Source of the DNA: a virus
Lineage: Duplodnaviria; Caudoviricetes
IMG/VR virus record: IMGVR_UViG_3300032373_000057
Location: 1 to 36,848 of that record
DNA: 36,848 nucleotides
Direction: 5' to 3' (one strand)
The notes below the pieces were generated by a model, which did not search any database, had not been told where the DNA came from, and saw only the letters and a list, made by a program, of their open reading frames with translations. Each line of letters opens with the position of its first letter. The first letter of the stretch is position 1. This document shows, piece by piece, positions 1 through 8,549 of the stretch. A program made the translations under genes and the position numbers.

Positions 1-179
1 AAGGGTTAGGAAAATAATTTATAAAACCCGTGATGATGCGCGTTCAGAGATATTCGATTATATCGAAGTTTTCTACAACCGAAAACGTCGCCATAGCCAT
101 CTTGGGAACGTATCTCCAGTTGACTACGAAAGAATATTTTTAGAAGATAGCAAGTGTCTACTGAAATGCGGGTAGTCCA
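1..179 (+). mobile_element. IS3-family insertion sequence, right end (runs off window)
   Basis: OrfB C-terminus followed by a terminal segment ending ...GGGTAGTCCA. IS3 elements end in CA. Sequence from 180 onward switches to IS1595 transposase coding sequence. Confidence 0.85.
2..175 (+). CDS. IS3-family transposase OrfB, 3' part
   Basis: Frame 2 reads RVRKIIYKTRDDARSEIFDYIEVFYNRKRRHSHLGNVSPVDYE...*, the typical IS3 integrase-core tail (YIEVFYNRxRRHSxLG.SP). Not in the ORF track. Confidence 0.9.
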   Translation, partial: RVRKIIYKTRDDARSEIFDYIEVFYNRKRRHSHLGNVSPVDYERIFLEDSKCLLKCG

Positions 180-202
180 ATTAACTCGAAAGTGCTTAGA
201 GT
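180..202 (-). pseudogene. Short continuation of the interrupted IS1595-family transposase
   Basis: Joined through the TAGAGT duplication to 35971 onward, the minus strand reads ...VDVGYS-KHFRVN in frame, the expected continuation of this transposase family. Confidence 0.85.
197..202 (+). repeat. 6-bp target site duplication TAGAGT (left copy)
   Basis: Identical to 35971-35976 and directly abuts the terminal TG. Confidence 0.95.
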
Positions 203-243
203 TGATGCGGCGCGCGATAAATCTTGCTGCAAACGTGCGATAA
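203..243 (+). repeat. Prophage terminal inverted repeat / putative transposase-binding sites (late-gene end)
   Basis: TGATgCgGcGcGcGATAA versus the other end's TGATaCaGaGtGaGATAA (13/18 identical). A second GTrCGATAA box has GATAA at positions 37-41 from the end, at both ends. Confidence 0.85.
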
Positions 244-293
244 GTGGTTTTTTTCTTAATTTCATCATGTGTAATGCTATTTCATTATGCACA

Positions 294-324
294 ATAAAAA
301 AGCCCCGTTGAAATACGGGGCTTT
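294..324 (-). terminator. Intrinsic terminator after the last phage gene
   Basis: Perfect 10-bp inverted repeat AAAGCCCCGT/ACGGGGCTTT (299-324) with a U-tract on the minus strand. Confidence 0.85.
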
Positions 325-348
325 AAATTAAGAGGGGATTAAATTTTC

Positions 349-807
349 TTATATTGAGACTTCAAACTCCTGGTTGATGCATCCTCTTAAGTAACATCTA
401 GGCTCTGTATCGGAAGCTCCAAAGCCATCAAATGAATTCAAGATTTCATCCATGCTTCCGAACAACTCTCTAGCAGCATTTAGCCTTGAATATCCATCTT
501 TAATTTTATTGTAGGCGAAAGCCATGCCTTCTTGCAGCACTTGCTCCAGTGTAACTAGAACTTCCTCATATCCGTCAATTTCATAAATGTTCCACTTATT
601 TGAAATAACTAACTCTGCCAGTTCGATATTGCCTGCCACTTGCCATTCACGAACCCTGTATTGAAGTTCTTCCCAGCTAGATTTTTCTGAGCCTTGGGGA
701 CATTGTATGATGGCACCTGTTCCATCTGTGAAAGAAATATTCCAGGCACCATCTTTAGGTTTCCCTAACACCGTGATCATTCTGTTATATGGGTGAGCAA
801 TTTGCAT
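349..807 (-). CDS. Hypothetical protein (terminal moron), 152 aa
   Basis: ORF with strong RBS (AAGGAGGG) and its own terminator, inside the prophage end. No family recognised. Confidence 0.75.
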   Translation of the reverse strand: MQIAHPYNRMITVLGKPKDGAWNISFTDGTGAIIQCPQGSEKSSWEELQYRVREWQVAGNIELAELVISNKWNIYEIDGYEEVLVTLEQVLQEGMAFAYNKIKDGYSRLNAARELFGSMDEILNSFDGFGASDTEPRCYLRGCINQEFEVSI

Positions 808-870
808 ATTTCCCTCCTTGTTTCTATGTAAATAATTTTTGCTCTGTTCGCCCTCATAGTCCAGTCTTTT

Positions 871-1635
871 CTACCAGTTCCAAATCAACAGTTCACCAGC
901 TTTTTTGCCTTTGCCGCCTTTGGGTAAGGTGTAGGTGATTTGTAGCTTTTTCATGGCCAATCCAGAGAAGACTTCACGCATAGCTGGATGATCGTTAACC
1001 GTGATGATGCCCTTACCTTTCATGGTCTTCATCAGCTCGGCCATTTGTTCGTATTGTTCAATGCCAAAATCAACACCGTAACCTTCTGTTTCCCAGTACG
1101 GTGGATCAATGAAAAAGAGTGTGTGTAGTCGGTCATATTTTTCCATACACTTTTCCCAGCTCAAGTGCTCAACCTGCACCCTGGACAATCGCAAATGTGC
1201 AGCCGATAAATCCTCTTCTATCCGAAGCAGATTTAATCGAGGAGCGCCTGTTGTGCTGGTTCCAAAACTCTGACCAGCAACCTTTCCACCAAATGCGTTT
1301 TTTTGCAGGTAAAAGAATCGTGCTGCGCGCTGGATATCAGTCAGCGTTTCAGGGTTTTTCATCTGTTCCCATTTGAACATTGTCCGAGACACCAGCGCCC
1401 ATTTAAATTGTTTCACAAACTCTTCCAAATGATGTTGAAGCACACGATACAAATTGATGAGCTCACCATTAATATCGTTAAGCACCTCACACTTGGATTC
1501 GTCCTTAGCAAAAAGCAGGGCAGCAGCTCCGCAGAAGGGCTCCACGTAGCAGGTATGTTTGGGGAACATTGGTAGTATATCTTTAACGAGTCGGCGTTTG
1601 CCACCGATCCACGGAATTATTGGTTTTGCGGTCAT
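871..1635 (-). CDS. DNA adenine methyltransferase (Dam-like, D12 class N6), at the position of Mu mom
   Basis: PIIPWIGGK, motif I YVEPFCGAA, motif IV FIDPPY. Start moved to ATG 1635, which has a GGAGG RBS. Confidence 0.93.
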   Translation of the reverse strand: MTAKPIIPWIGGKRRLVKDILPMFPKHTCYVEPFCGAAALLFAKDESKCEVLNDINGELINLYRVLQHHLEEFVKQFKWALVSRTMFKWEQMKNPETLTDIQRAARFFYLQKNAFGGKVAGQSFGTSTTGAPRLNLLRIEEDLSAAHLRLSRVQVEHLSWEKCMEKYDRLHTLFFIDPPYWETEGYGVDFGIEQYEQMAELMKTMKGKGIITVNDHPAMREVFSGLAMKKLQITYTLPKGGKGKKAGELLIWNW

Positions 1636-1765
1636 CTTGTGAGCCTCCATTTTATGTGTAAGCTCTCCGCGTCTGATCAGACAGGGGGAGCCTTGGCTGT
1701 GCTCACTGTTGTTGCAGTGTGTACGGTGGCTGGAGGGATGTTGACGCATCACTTCAGCCGCTTCC
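1636..1765 (-). promoter_or_regulatory. Structured leader upstream of the methylase
   Basis: Three hairpins (1728-1759, 1704-1719, ~1664-1690) plus a possible RBS-occluding pairing GAGCUU/AGGCUC. Confidence 0.5.
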
Positions 1766-1771
1766 TTCGTT

Positions 1772-2755
1772 TTATTTCGGATTCATTTCTAGCTCTAAAT
1801 CAGCTGACCATGAACGTGATTTGTTCAACGTGTGTGTGGCTGTTTTAATCTGCCATACGCCATCAAGACCTGGGCGCATGCCTTTTAATGTAACTTGTGC
1901 TTCAGCGACCAAGCGAGCATCGCCATCCGTAGAGATAGACCCTTGACCAAGCCCTCTATTTAGTTCCTTTAGTTTTGCTTCTGCTGCAAGGATGGCCTCT
2001 TGTTCGCTCGCATAAGCTCTTCGGATAATGTGAGGAGACCTCCCACTTCCAGCAGTGACCCGAATATCGGAAGCAGAAGCATTATCATGATACTTCGCAA
2101 CAACAGATTCATATTGGTCACGATCCGCGAAAAACAAAGCCCAGTGGGCAAGTTGATTCTTATTTAATACGGTTGACGGCAAGTGTTCCCCCGAAACGGT
2201 TTTCGCTTCTCCTTTGGGAACTATAATCAACACACTCCCGACATATTTAATCACTGTGCCATAGCTTCTGGAAATGCGAGTCATCAAGTGCAGGTCACTC
2301 TCATCTAACTGGTCAATGCGCGTAATAATTGTGTTAGAAATTGAAGCTGACACCTTAGCAGTCATCACGTGTTCACTTGCAATCGTAGCTGCCAAATCAC
2401 CAAACGAAATATTGTCCAATCCTCGTGTCCGCTTCTCTTTTAAACGCCCCTTCATATCTGCGGCAGTGGCATTAATTGTTAGTTTTTCAACAGCTCCCGT
2501 TGCCCGTGTTTCATTTACGGTGAAACTCCCCATTTTGTGGAGTGTCGAACCACGCCCAAGCTCAACTTCAAGCTGCACGCCAGTCTTTGGCATTTCAATA
2601 TAGTTCCCCGACAAATCGGGTCTATCATCAATCACGATTTCTAAGGTGTCAGATTTCCAGCCCCGCTCATCTTGTATTTTGAGTGATATAAAACGCCGCG
2701 CAATTGCATCGGTAACATCTTTACCATCTGCTGTGATTTTAAAGTTTGCATTCAT
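1772..2755 (-). CDS. P2 GpD-like tail/baseplate hub (late control D) protein
   Basis: F.I.ADG.DVT..I..R.ISL.I.D.RG..SD.LEI.IDD and IDQ.DESD..L..R motifs. TGATG overlap with the GpX gene. Confidence 0.92.
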   Translation of the reverse strand: MNANFKITADGKDVTDAIARRFISLKIQDERGWKSDTLEIVIDDRPDLSGNYIEMPKTGVQLEVELGRGSTLHKMGSFTVNETRATGAVEKLTINATAADMKGRLKEKRTRGLDNISFGDLAATIASEHVMTAKVSASISNTIITRIDQLDESDLHLMTRISRSYGTVIKYVGSVLIIVPKGEAKTVSGEHLPSTVLNKNQLAHWALFFADRDQYESVVAKYHDNASASDIRVTAGSGRSPHIIRRAYASEQEAILAAEAKLKELNRGLGQGSISTDGDARLVAEAQVTLKGMRPGLDGVWQIKTATHTLNKSRSWSADLELEMNPK

Positions 2756-2961
2756 CAGTCCCAAAGCCTCGTTATAGGGGCTGGCTCTGCCGTTGTAATT
2801 TCAGGCATCTGAATCTCAATCCCAGATGGCAAAACCACACCCTGATCTGCCAGCCCAGAGTTTGCCTCAAGTACCTTTTCAGTCATTCCTACATCTTGTC
2901 CATAATATTTATAGACCACTTCATCAAGCACATCACCTGTTCGTGTTGTGTAAGTTGCCAT
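2755..2961 (-). CDS. P2 GpX-like tail protein (LysM-like), 68 aa
   Basis: MATYTTRTGDVLDEVVYKYYG...VLEANSGLA...LPSG..I.MP...LWD. Start at ATG 2961, overlapping the upstream stop. Confidence 0.92.
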   Translation of the reverse strand: MATYTTRTGDVLDEVVYKYYGQDVGMTEKVLEANSGLADQGVVLPSGIEIQMPEITTAEPAPITRLWD

Positions 2962-3362
2962 CAGCTTTCTTCCCCGTAAGCAGACAACCGAACTCGGAAC
3001 TCCTGTTTGCCTGGTACACCCCATGCGCCAATCTTGCTTTGCACTTCTTCAACGCGCTCGATGCACCACAAACCATGAATCACACCAAGCCCCATTGAGG
3101 GCATGGCCACCATCAGCTGCGGTTTGCCTGTGCCTGCCAAGGCACGGATGGCAGAGAGCTGAAGCACACCGCCTTTCCAGTGTGGATAAATAACACCAGA
3201 CAAATCAATCACATCATCGCCCAAACCTGTAAATTGTTTGGAGGGTGCTTTGCCATAAGTCTCACTCTTTGCCCATCGGTATTCAGTGACCCTTTGAAGC
3301 TGTTGATAAGCCGCCGTCTCGATTGAAAATGGGAACAGACCTAGTTGCATTAACACGCCCAT
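2961..3362 (-). CDS. P2 GpU-like tail protein
   Basis: LMQLG.F.FSI.TAAYQ.LQR..EYRW, QF.G.G.D.I.LSGVIYP. Confidence 0.92.
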   Translation of the reverse strand: MGVLMQLGLFPFSIETAAYQQLQRVTEYRWAKSETYGKAPSKQFTGLGDDVIDLSGVIYPHWKGGVLQLSAIRALAGTGKPQLMVAMPSMGLGVIHGLWCIERVEEVQSKIGAWGVPGKQEFRVRLSAYGEES

Positions 3363-3364
3363 AA

Positions 3365-5545
3365 TTAGTAGTCCCCCTGATCATTCAGAGCAGCACGATT
3401 ACGCAAGCCATCGCGGCGTTTTATTTCTCTTTCCAGCTCATCGGCCAGCTGACCGATATCTTGTCCAGGCTGCGCTTGGATGTTAATTTTATATGTATTG
3501 TTAGCAGGTAGCGGGGCAGCTAAGGCTGGAGATGTCACAGCAAGAGCACCAACGGTAGCTGCAACTAATGCTTGCTTAGGTATCGAAGTAGTGCCTCTCC
3601 TCTGTTTGCGACTTCCTCGACCTTGATTAGACTCAATGGTTTGCTTAATATTTTGGGACACATCTTTTTCTTCATCACCAAAAATAGAGTTCCAAGCATC
3701 TCCAACCAAGGCAAACTTATCTGTCAGCCACTTCAACTTATCGCCAAACCATTTGGTCACAGTGTCCCAATTATCATACAATAAGTGTGCGCCTGTAGCT
3801 AAAGCTGCAACGCCTGCTATCACTAGCCCGATGGGGTTGGCTGTCATTGCCGCGTTCCACAACCACTGTGCAGCCGTCATTACACCCGTTGATACAGCTA
3901 ATGCTTTGTTTTTAATGGCCAAGCCTGTGGCAATCACACCGTTAGCAATCATGCTCGCATTAGCCTTAAGTGTGCTGAGTCTAAAGAAGTCGATCACACC
4001 CTTACCAAACACCCAAGCATCAGAAAGAGCCGTCATCGCATAGCGACTAGCCAATGAAGCCACTTTAAATGTAGTGAGTGCAACCGCCGCACCAACCAGT
4101 CCTGTGGTTAACCAAGGCACAGATTGTGCGGCATCATTCACTACGCCTACAACACCACCAAGCGCAGACATTGAACTATTTAATGCAGGTAACACTGTTG
4201 CGCCTATTGTATTGCCCAACCATGTCAGTTTATTGATAAACATACCCAGATTCGCTTCAGTCGTTTTAATGCGTGTGGCATACTCATCATTCATCGCACC
4301 TGCAAATTTCGTTTGGTTTGACACCTTGGCAATTGCATCTTCATAAGTAGATAAGCTGCCAACCAGCTTGGATACATCATCTGCATACTCAAGCCCAAAC
4401 AAGTCAGATAAATTACCCATCACATCTTCAGAGTCTCGGACTGCTTTTAGAAACTCCATTAATGCGCCCTGAGCATCTTCCTCGATGGCGTATTTCATAT
4501 CCTCAGCAGAGTAACCTATCCGATCTAAAGCACCCTCAAACTTAGCACCTTGTTTATCGGAGGTGGCCAACTTCATAAGTATGGCATTAATAGCTGTGCC
4601 TGCCACATCAGTTGGCGTTTTCAATGCTTTAAATGTTGCTCCCAAAGCACCCAACTGAATACCATTTAATCCAAACAATCTTGCGGTTGAACCAGCCTTG
4701 TTTGCGATTTGAACAAGGTCTGCTGCAGTCGTATCCATATTATTATCTAGGTAGTTATATGCATCTCCCAGCTTGATGACCTCTTGCTGGTTAATCCCAA
4801 AGATTGTACGCATACCAACCATTGCATCACCAGCTTCCCCTCCAGCCATATCAAAGGCAATACCCATTCTTACGGCATCTTTAGTAAATTTCATGAGTTC
4901 GGAGCGCGCAATACCAGCCCGTCCTGCAGCGGTCACAATTTCTGCAATTTTCTCGGCGGCCATCGGCATTTTGGTAGACATCTCAAGGATGTCATATTGC
5001 ATGAGTTTAAATTGTTCTGGTGATTCAAAGTCTATCACTTTGCGGACATCAGCCATTGCTGATTCAAAAGCCATAGCTTTCTTGATGGGCAATGCCGCAG
5101 CCATCACTTGCGCCACCGTGCCAAGCATCTGACCTTGCACTTCGCCACGCACATCTTTGTTGCGCTGTCGTGTTTCTAAGCGCTTAAGTTTTCGATCAGC
5201 CTTGTCTGCTGAAGAAGAAAGCAGCCGATGCTGTCGAACCACATCCCCAATCTGAATACCATAAGCTTTTGCAGCCTTTTTAGAACGCTTGTACTGATTG
5301 CTGATATGGGCAATCTGGCTGTTGAGTTTATCCGACGAGTCGCCTGTCGCGCGTTGTTTTTGTTTAAGGCTATCAAGTACTGTGCGATATTTAATTACAT
5401 CAGCAGCCAGCGCTTTGCCAAGGCGGTTTTTTTGCAATGATTTGGTGAGCCCATCTGTTTTGCCCTTCACGGTCTGAAGCGCACGGCCTAGCGAACTGTT
5501 AACACCTCCACCAATAACCAAACCAAGCGACATTGTCCTATCCAC
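3365..5545 (-). CDS. Tail tape measure protein (TP901 family core)
   Basis: 726 aa, Ala-rich. Contains FESAMADVRKV and AQWLWNAAMTANPIGLVIAG. Follows the chaperone gene. Confidence 0.95.
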   Translation of the reverse strand: MDRTMSLGLVIGGGVNSSLGRALQTVKGKTDGLTKSLQKNRLGKALAADVIKYRTVLDSLKQKQRATGDSSDKLNSQIAHISNQYKRSKKAAKAYGIQIGDVVRQHRLLSSSADKADRKLKRLETRQRNKDVRGEVQGQMLGTVAQVMAAALPIKKAMAFESAMADVRKVIDFESPEQFKLMQYDILEMSTKMPMAAEKIAEIVTAAGRAGIARSELMKFTKDAVRMGIAFDMAGGEAGDAMVGMRTIFGINQQEVIKLGDAYNYLDNNMDTTAADLVQIANKAGSTARLFGLNGIQLGALGATFKALKTPTDVAGTAINAILMKLATSDKQGAKFEGALDRIGYSAEDMKYAIEEDAQGALMEFLKAVRDSEDVMGNLSDLFGLEYADDVSKLVGSLSTYEDAIAKVSNQTKFAGAMNDEYATRIKTTEANLGMFINKLTWLGNTIGATVLPALNSSMSALGGVVGVVNDAAQSVPWLTTGLVGAAVALTTFKVASLASRYAMTALSDAWVFGKGVIDFFRLSTLKANASMIANGVIATGLAIKNKALAVSTGVMTAAQWLWNAAMTANPIGLVIAGVAALATGAHLLYDNWDTVTKWFGDKLKWLTDKFALVGDAWNSIFGDEEKDVSQNIKQTIESNQGRGSRKQRRGTTSIPKQALVAATVGALAVTSPALAAPLPANNTYKINIQAQPGQDIGQLADELEREIKRRDGLRNRAALNDQGDY

Positions 5546-5570
5546 TGCAAAGCCTCCTGTAAATTTGAAT

Positions 5571-5597
5571 AAGGGGCAAAGCTAAGTTTGCCCCCTT
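5571..5597 (-). terminator. GC-rich hairpin between tail chaperone and tape measure genes (weak terminator or attenuator)
   Basis: AAGGGGCAAA-N6-TTTGCCCCCTT with only a short U-tract. Confidence 0.5.
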
Positions 5598-5599
5598 GG

Positions 5600-5986
5600 T
5601 TATGATTGTGCTGGTTTGGGGATGGCCTTTAGCCATGCAAGCAAATCTTCTTCATCCAAGTCCATACAGTCTTGTAATGACCAACCCGTAAACCCGCAGA
5701 GTGTCATTACCGCTGCTCGAAGTTCAGTCACATTGATACTGCCCATCAGCATGTACATGCGCTGGCACTTTTCATAATCAAAAGAGTCCAGCCTATGAAT
5801 AACAGAGGGGTCAACGTTGCAGAGGTTGGCAATTAAAATAACCTCTTCAGACTCGATATCACCTTTAGATTTTTTGCTTGCAATCAGATGGTCACCCACC
5901 TTCTTTCGCCGCATGGTCAATTCAGTAAGCTTTTCACCATCCGCCTCAAAAGAAAAATCCAGTCGAATCACTTGCTCATGGCTCAT
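5600..5986 (-). CDS. Tail assembly chaperone, P2 GpE + E'-like extension in a single frame
   Basis: LTMRR.KVGD...E..LIANLC.V.P..I..LD..DY (GpE-like), then TGWS....DL.EE.LL.WL (E'-like). Confidence 0.85.
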   Translation of the reverse strand: MSHEQVIRLDFSFEADGEKLTELTMRRKKVGDHLIASKKSKGDIESEEVILIANLCNVDPSVIHRLDSFDYEKCQRMYMLMGSINVTELRAAVMTLCGFTGWSLQDCMDLDEEDLLAWLKAIPKPAQS

Positions 5987-6147
5987 ACCACACCACCTTT
6001 AGGTTTTTTGCTGGTCTTTAATTCAACTTGAGCACCCGCAATCAAGAACTGCGCCTGACGATCATTCATTGTCACTTCATCGCCTTTAGCGTGCCCACCA
6101 AAAGCTTTGAGAATGGTATAAGTTTTATCTTTAGAGTTCGTCATCAT
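5983..6147 (-). CDS. Small hypothetical protein, 54 aa (missed by ORF track)
   Basis: MMTNSKDKTYTILKAFGGHAKGDEVTMNDRQAQFLIAGAQVELKTSKKPKGGVV. TGATG overlap with the tube gene and ATGA overlap with the chaperone gene. Confidence 0.75.
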   Translation of the reverse strand: MMTNSKDKTYTILKAFGGHAKGDEVTMNDRQAQFLIAGAQVELKTSKKPKGGVV

Positions 6148-6653
6148 CACATCCCCAACGCGCTGCGGATATCCGCAGTTTGGTCTTTGCCCGCGATAAT
6201 CACGGTATTGGTCATTACATCGATGTCATAAATTACTTCGCCATCAAGCTCAAGTTTGAAGTAGCGCAAGTTCATATTATATTTAGTGGTGTTTTCACCC
6301 ACTTTGACAGCGCCAAGGTCAACTTCTTTCAACACACCACGTGTAGATACAACCATCGGTTTAATCGTGCCACCTTCAGCTTGAATGGCGCCACGGAAAG
6401 TCAGTGGCACATCGCCACCTTCCACAATGCCAAACAGCTTCAAAGTGCCTGCATCAATGCCTTTCAAAGAAAAGTCAGTATCGAGCTTTTCTAAGGTGCC
6501 CATCAGCAAATCAATGGGGGCTGCCATGCCGCCACCCTGAAATTCTTCAGTAGCAGCCACAATTTTGGGCAAGGTCATTTCTTCGCAAAGACCAGCCTTG
6601 CCGACCCCGTCAACAAATGTGTTAAAGTTTGTAATCCGCTCTGGAATGCTCAT
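6147..6653 (-). CDS. Major tail tube protein (P2 FII-like)
   Basis: NFN.FVDG...G..EE.TLPK....EEF.GGGM..P, 168 aa, after the sheath gene. Confidence 0.95.
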   Translation of the reverse strand: MSIPERITNFNTFVDGVGKAGLCEEMTLPKIVAATEEFQGGGMAAPIDLLMGTLEKLDTDFSLKGIDAGTLKLFGIVEGGDVPLTFRGAIQAEGGTIKPMVVSTRGVLKEVDLGAVKVGENTTKYNMNLRYFKLELDGEVIYDIDVMTNTVIIAGKDQTADIRSALGM

Positions 6654-7822
6654 TTAAATACCTCCGTAATATAATCATTTACTAAATGTGAACGCATAGT
6701 GATGCGTTCACCGGGATATGGTGGGGTAAAGTCATAATCAAAGGTCACGTTACCTTGTGTGATATTAGCCGCTGTATTCAGTGCAGGGTCTACCCAAGCT
6801 TTACCACCTAAAATCACATCACGTGCAACAAGGCTACGTAAGTAAGCATTGATGCCTTCCAACACATCTTCGACATATGTTTTAGTGATGTTGCGATCCA
6901 CTGCCCAAAGGTGAGCTTGCAACATAGCTTCATTGATCATGTCGTTGGTGCGCACCACTGAAAGGAAAGCCCACTTAGGATCAGCGCTGCATGTGCGATT
7001 GCCCCATAAGCGAAATCCGTCCTGACGAATGATTGTGGCCACTTCATTTTCGTTGAGCACGTTCGCTCTGCAAGTAGCATCACCAAAGTTGAAGTCGATA
7101 TCACGCGCTAAGCCAGTAATGCCATTGATTTGCTGATTTGATGGCGAATGCCAGTATCCACGTTCTGCATCTGAGCGCGCAATCAACCCCGCTACGCGAC
7201 CTGAAGCAGGTCGAATCACATGGCTTGCCGAAATAACATCAAATACTTCCGCGTTGGGGTCAACCACGTAAACACGGCGCGAACCAAAGTTACCACGATA
7301 AGCAATCGCATCAGCATCCGTAGTATTTGAGCCATCGGCAATGATAATGCCACGCAATTTGTCTGCGATGGCAATCATTTCGCCAACCACAGCAAGGTCA
7401 TTTGTCCAACCTGGTGCAATTAGAATCCGTGGCACAAAGCCTGTTTTAGTTTGTGAATCAAGGAATGCTTGGATGCCCGTTCGGAATCCACCAACATCCA
7501 CGCCACCAATCACATTCGCTTTGGTCGTAGCTGGCAAAGCACCTTCAGCAACGCGAATAAACACCACCAGCGCACCAGCTTGATCAAATATATCATCTGC
7601 AATAGCTGGTAAAGTGCCCAAACCTGTGCCTACCGTATCAAGGCCTGCCGCTTCGGTGCGGCTTCCCGCCACCAACACAGGTGTATTGAGCGGGAATTTT
7701 AAAGAGTCTGCATTGGGCGCTGTGCCAACCACCCCAATAATTGATGATCGTACTGCGCGAATGGGGCGTGCTCCACTCTGGTCTTCAATAATTTCAACGC
7801 CATGTAAAAATGCTGCTGGCAT
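6650..7822 (-). CDS. Tail sheath protein (P2 FI-like)
   Basis: FLHGVE, PRILIAPG, GYWHSPSN, GFRLWGNRT motifs. Confidence 0.97.
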   Translation of the reverse strand: MPAAFLHGVEIIEDQSGARPIRAVRSSIIGVVGTAPNADSLKFPLNTPVLVAGSRTEAAGLDTVGTGLGTLPAIADDIFDQAGALVVFIRVAEGALPATTKANVIGGVDVGGFRTGIQAFLDSQTKTGFVPRILIAPGWTNDLAVVGEMIAIADKLRGIIIADGSNTTDADAIAYRGNFGSRRVYVVDPNAEVFDVISASHVIRPASGRVAGLIARSDAERGYWHSPSNQQINGITGLARDIDFNFGDATCRANVLNENEVATIIRQDGFRLWGNRTCSADPKWAFLSVVRTNDMINEAMLQAHLWAVDRNITKTYVEDVLEGINAYLRSLVARDVILGGKAWVDPALNTAANITQGNVTFDYDFTPPYPGERITMRSHLVNDYITEVFK

Positions 7823-7824
7823 GA

Positions 7825-8187
7825 TTAGCCTCCTATTTTTCCTGTTTTGATTTCTCTACCAATTTTTTCTTTGTTTTTATCGCTTTCCCAAAGAAATGCG
7901 TTGTAGCAATGATTTTTTCCAAACAAAAAGTTGATCACTTGCTCAAATCTTTGGGCATATTTGTTGCCGCGTGCGGCATGGAACCCTGTGCAGCTCGACA
8001 CTGTCCAATCTTGCTCATTGTAAATGATTGACCCACCGACTTGGTCGATGCCAATCGCAACATTGAAGAAAAATTGCCCCACATCTTTGTGCAAAATTGC
8101 AAAGCGCGATGTTTGCAAAATGAATGCGAGCGGCGCAATCAACACAAACAAGGCCGCTGCAATGATAAGCAATGCCAAGTTTTTCAT
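7825..8187 (-). CDS. Conserved-type phage membrane protein, 120 aa
   Basis: N-terminal TM helix, AIGIDQ.G.....DWTVSS and F.GKNHC motifs. Coupled to its neighbours. Confidence 0.75.
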   Translation of the reverse strand: MKNLALLIIAAALFVLIAPLAFILQTSRFAILHKDVGQFFFNVAIGIDQVGGSIIYNEQDWTVSSCTGFHAARGNKYAQRFEQVINFLFGKNHCYNAFLWESDKNKEKIGREIKTGKIGG

Positions 8188-8549
8188 GGTGCTGTTAACG
8201 CATCAACAACAGCAGTGCTACGCAATTTAATATCTGCAAGCACAGCATCTTTGCCTTTGAGCGCGTATGTCATTTTTGTTGTGCCAGCAGCTACGTCAGC
8301 AAGCAAAGTGGCTGCATCAGCAGCAAGGGTGTTGCTTGCTGCCGCAGCCTTTATTTCTGCGATAGTGCTGGCTTTAGCAATCGCATCAATCAGCTCACAG
8401 TGCGCGACTAAAAGCATCTGTGCGGCATCACTCACAGTACCCAACATGCTTAACACATCACCCGCACCGCTTTTAATTTTGTCTCGCACAATGTCACGTT
8501 GTTCGACTGCACTTACCACATCTAATGAATAATCAATATCAACTTGCAT
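8184..8549 (-). CDS. Hypothetical tail-fibre-associated protein, 121 aa
   Basis: GGAG RBS 6 nt before ATG 8549. Position directly after the fibre gene suggests an assembly chaperone. Confidence 0.65.
   Translation of the reverse strand: MQVDIDYSLDVVSAVEQRDIVRDKIKSGAGDVLSMLGTVSDAAQMLLVAHCELIDAIAKASTIAEIKAAAASNTLAADAATLLADVAAGTTKMTYALKGKDAVLADIKLRSTAVVDALTAP

Noticed and set aside
808-870. Prophage end directly after the methylase, making 349-807 a host gene
   Set aside because: The true terminus with duplication is at 203, so the gene is phage cargo.
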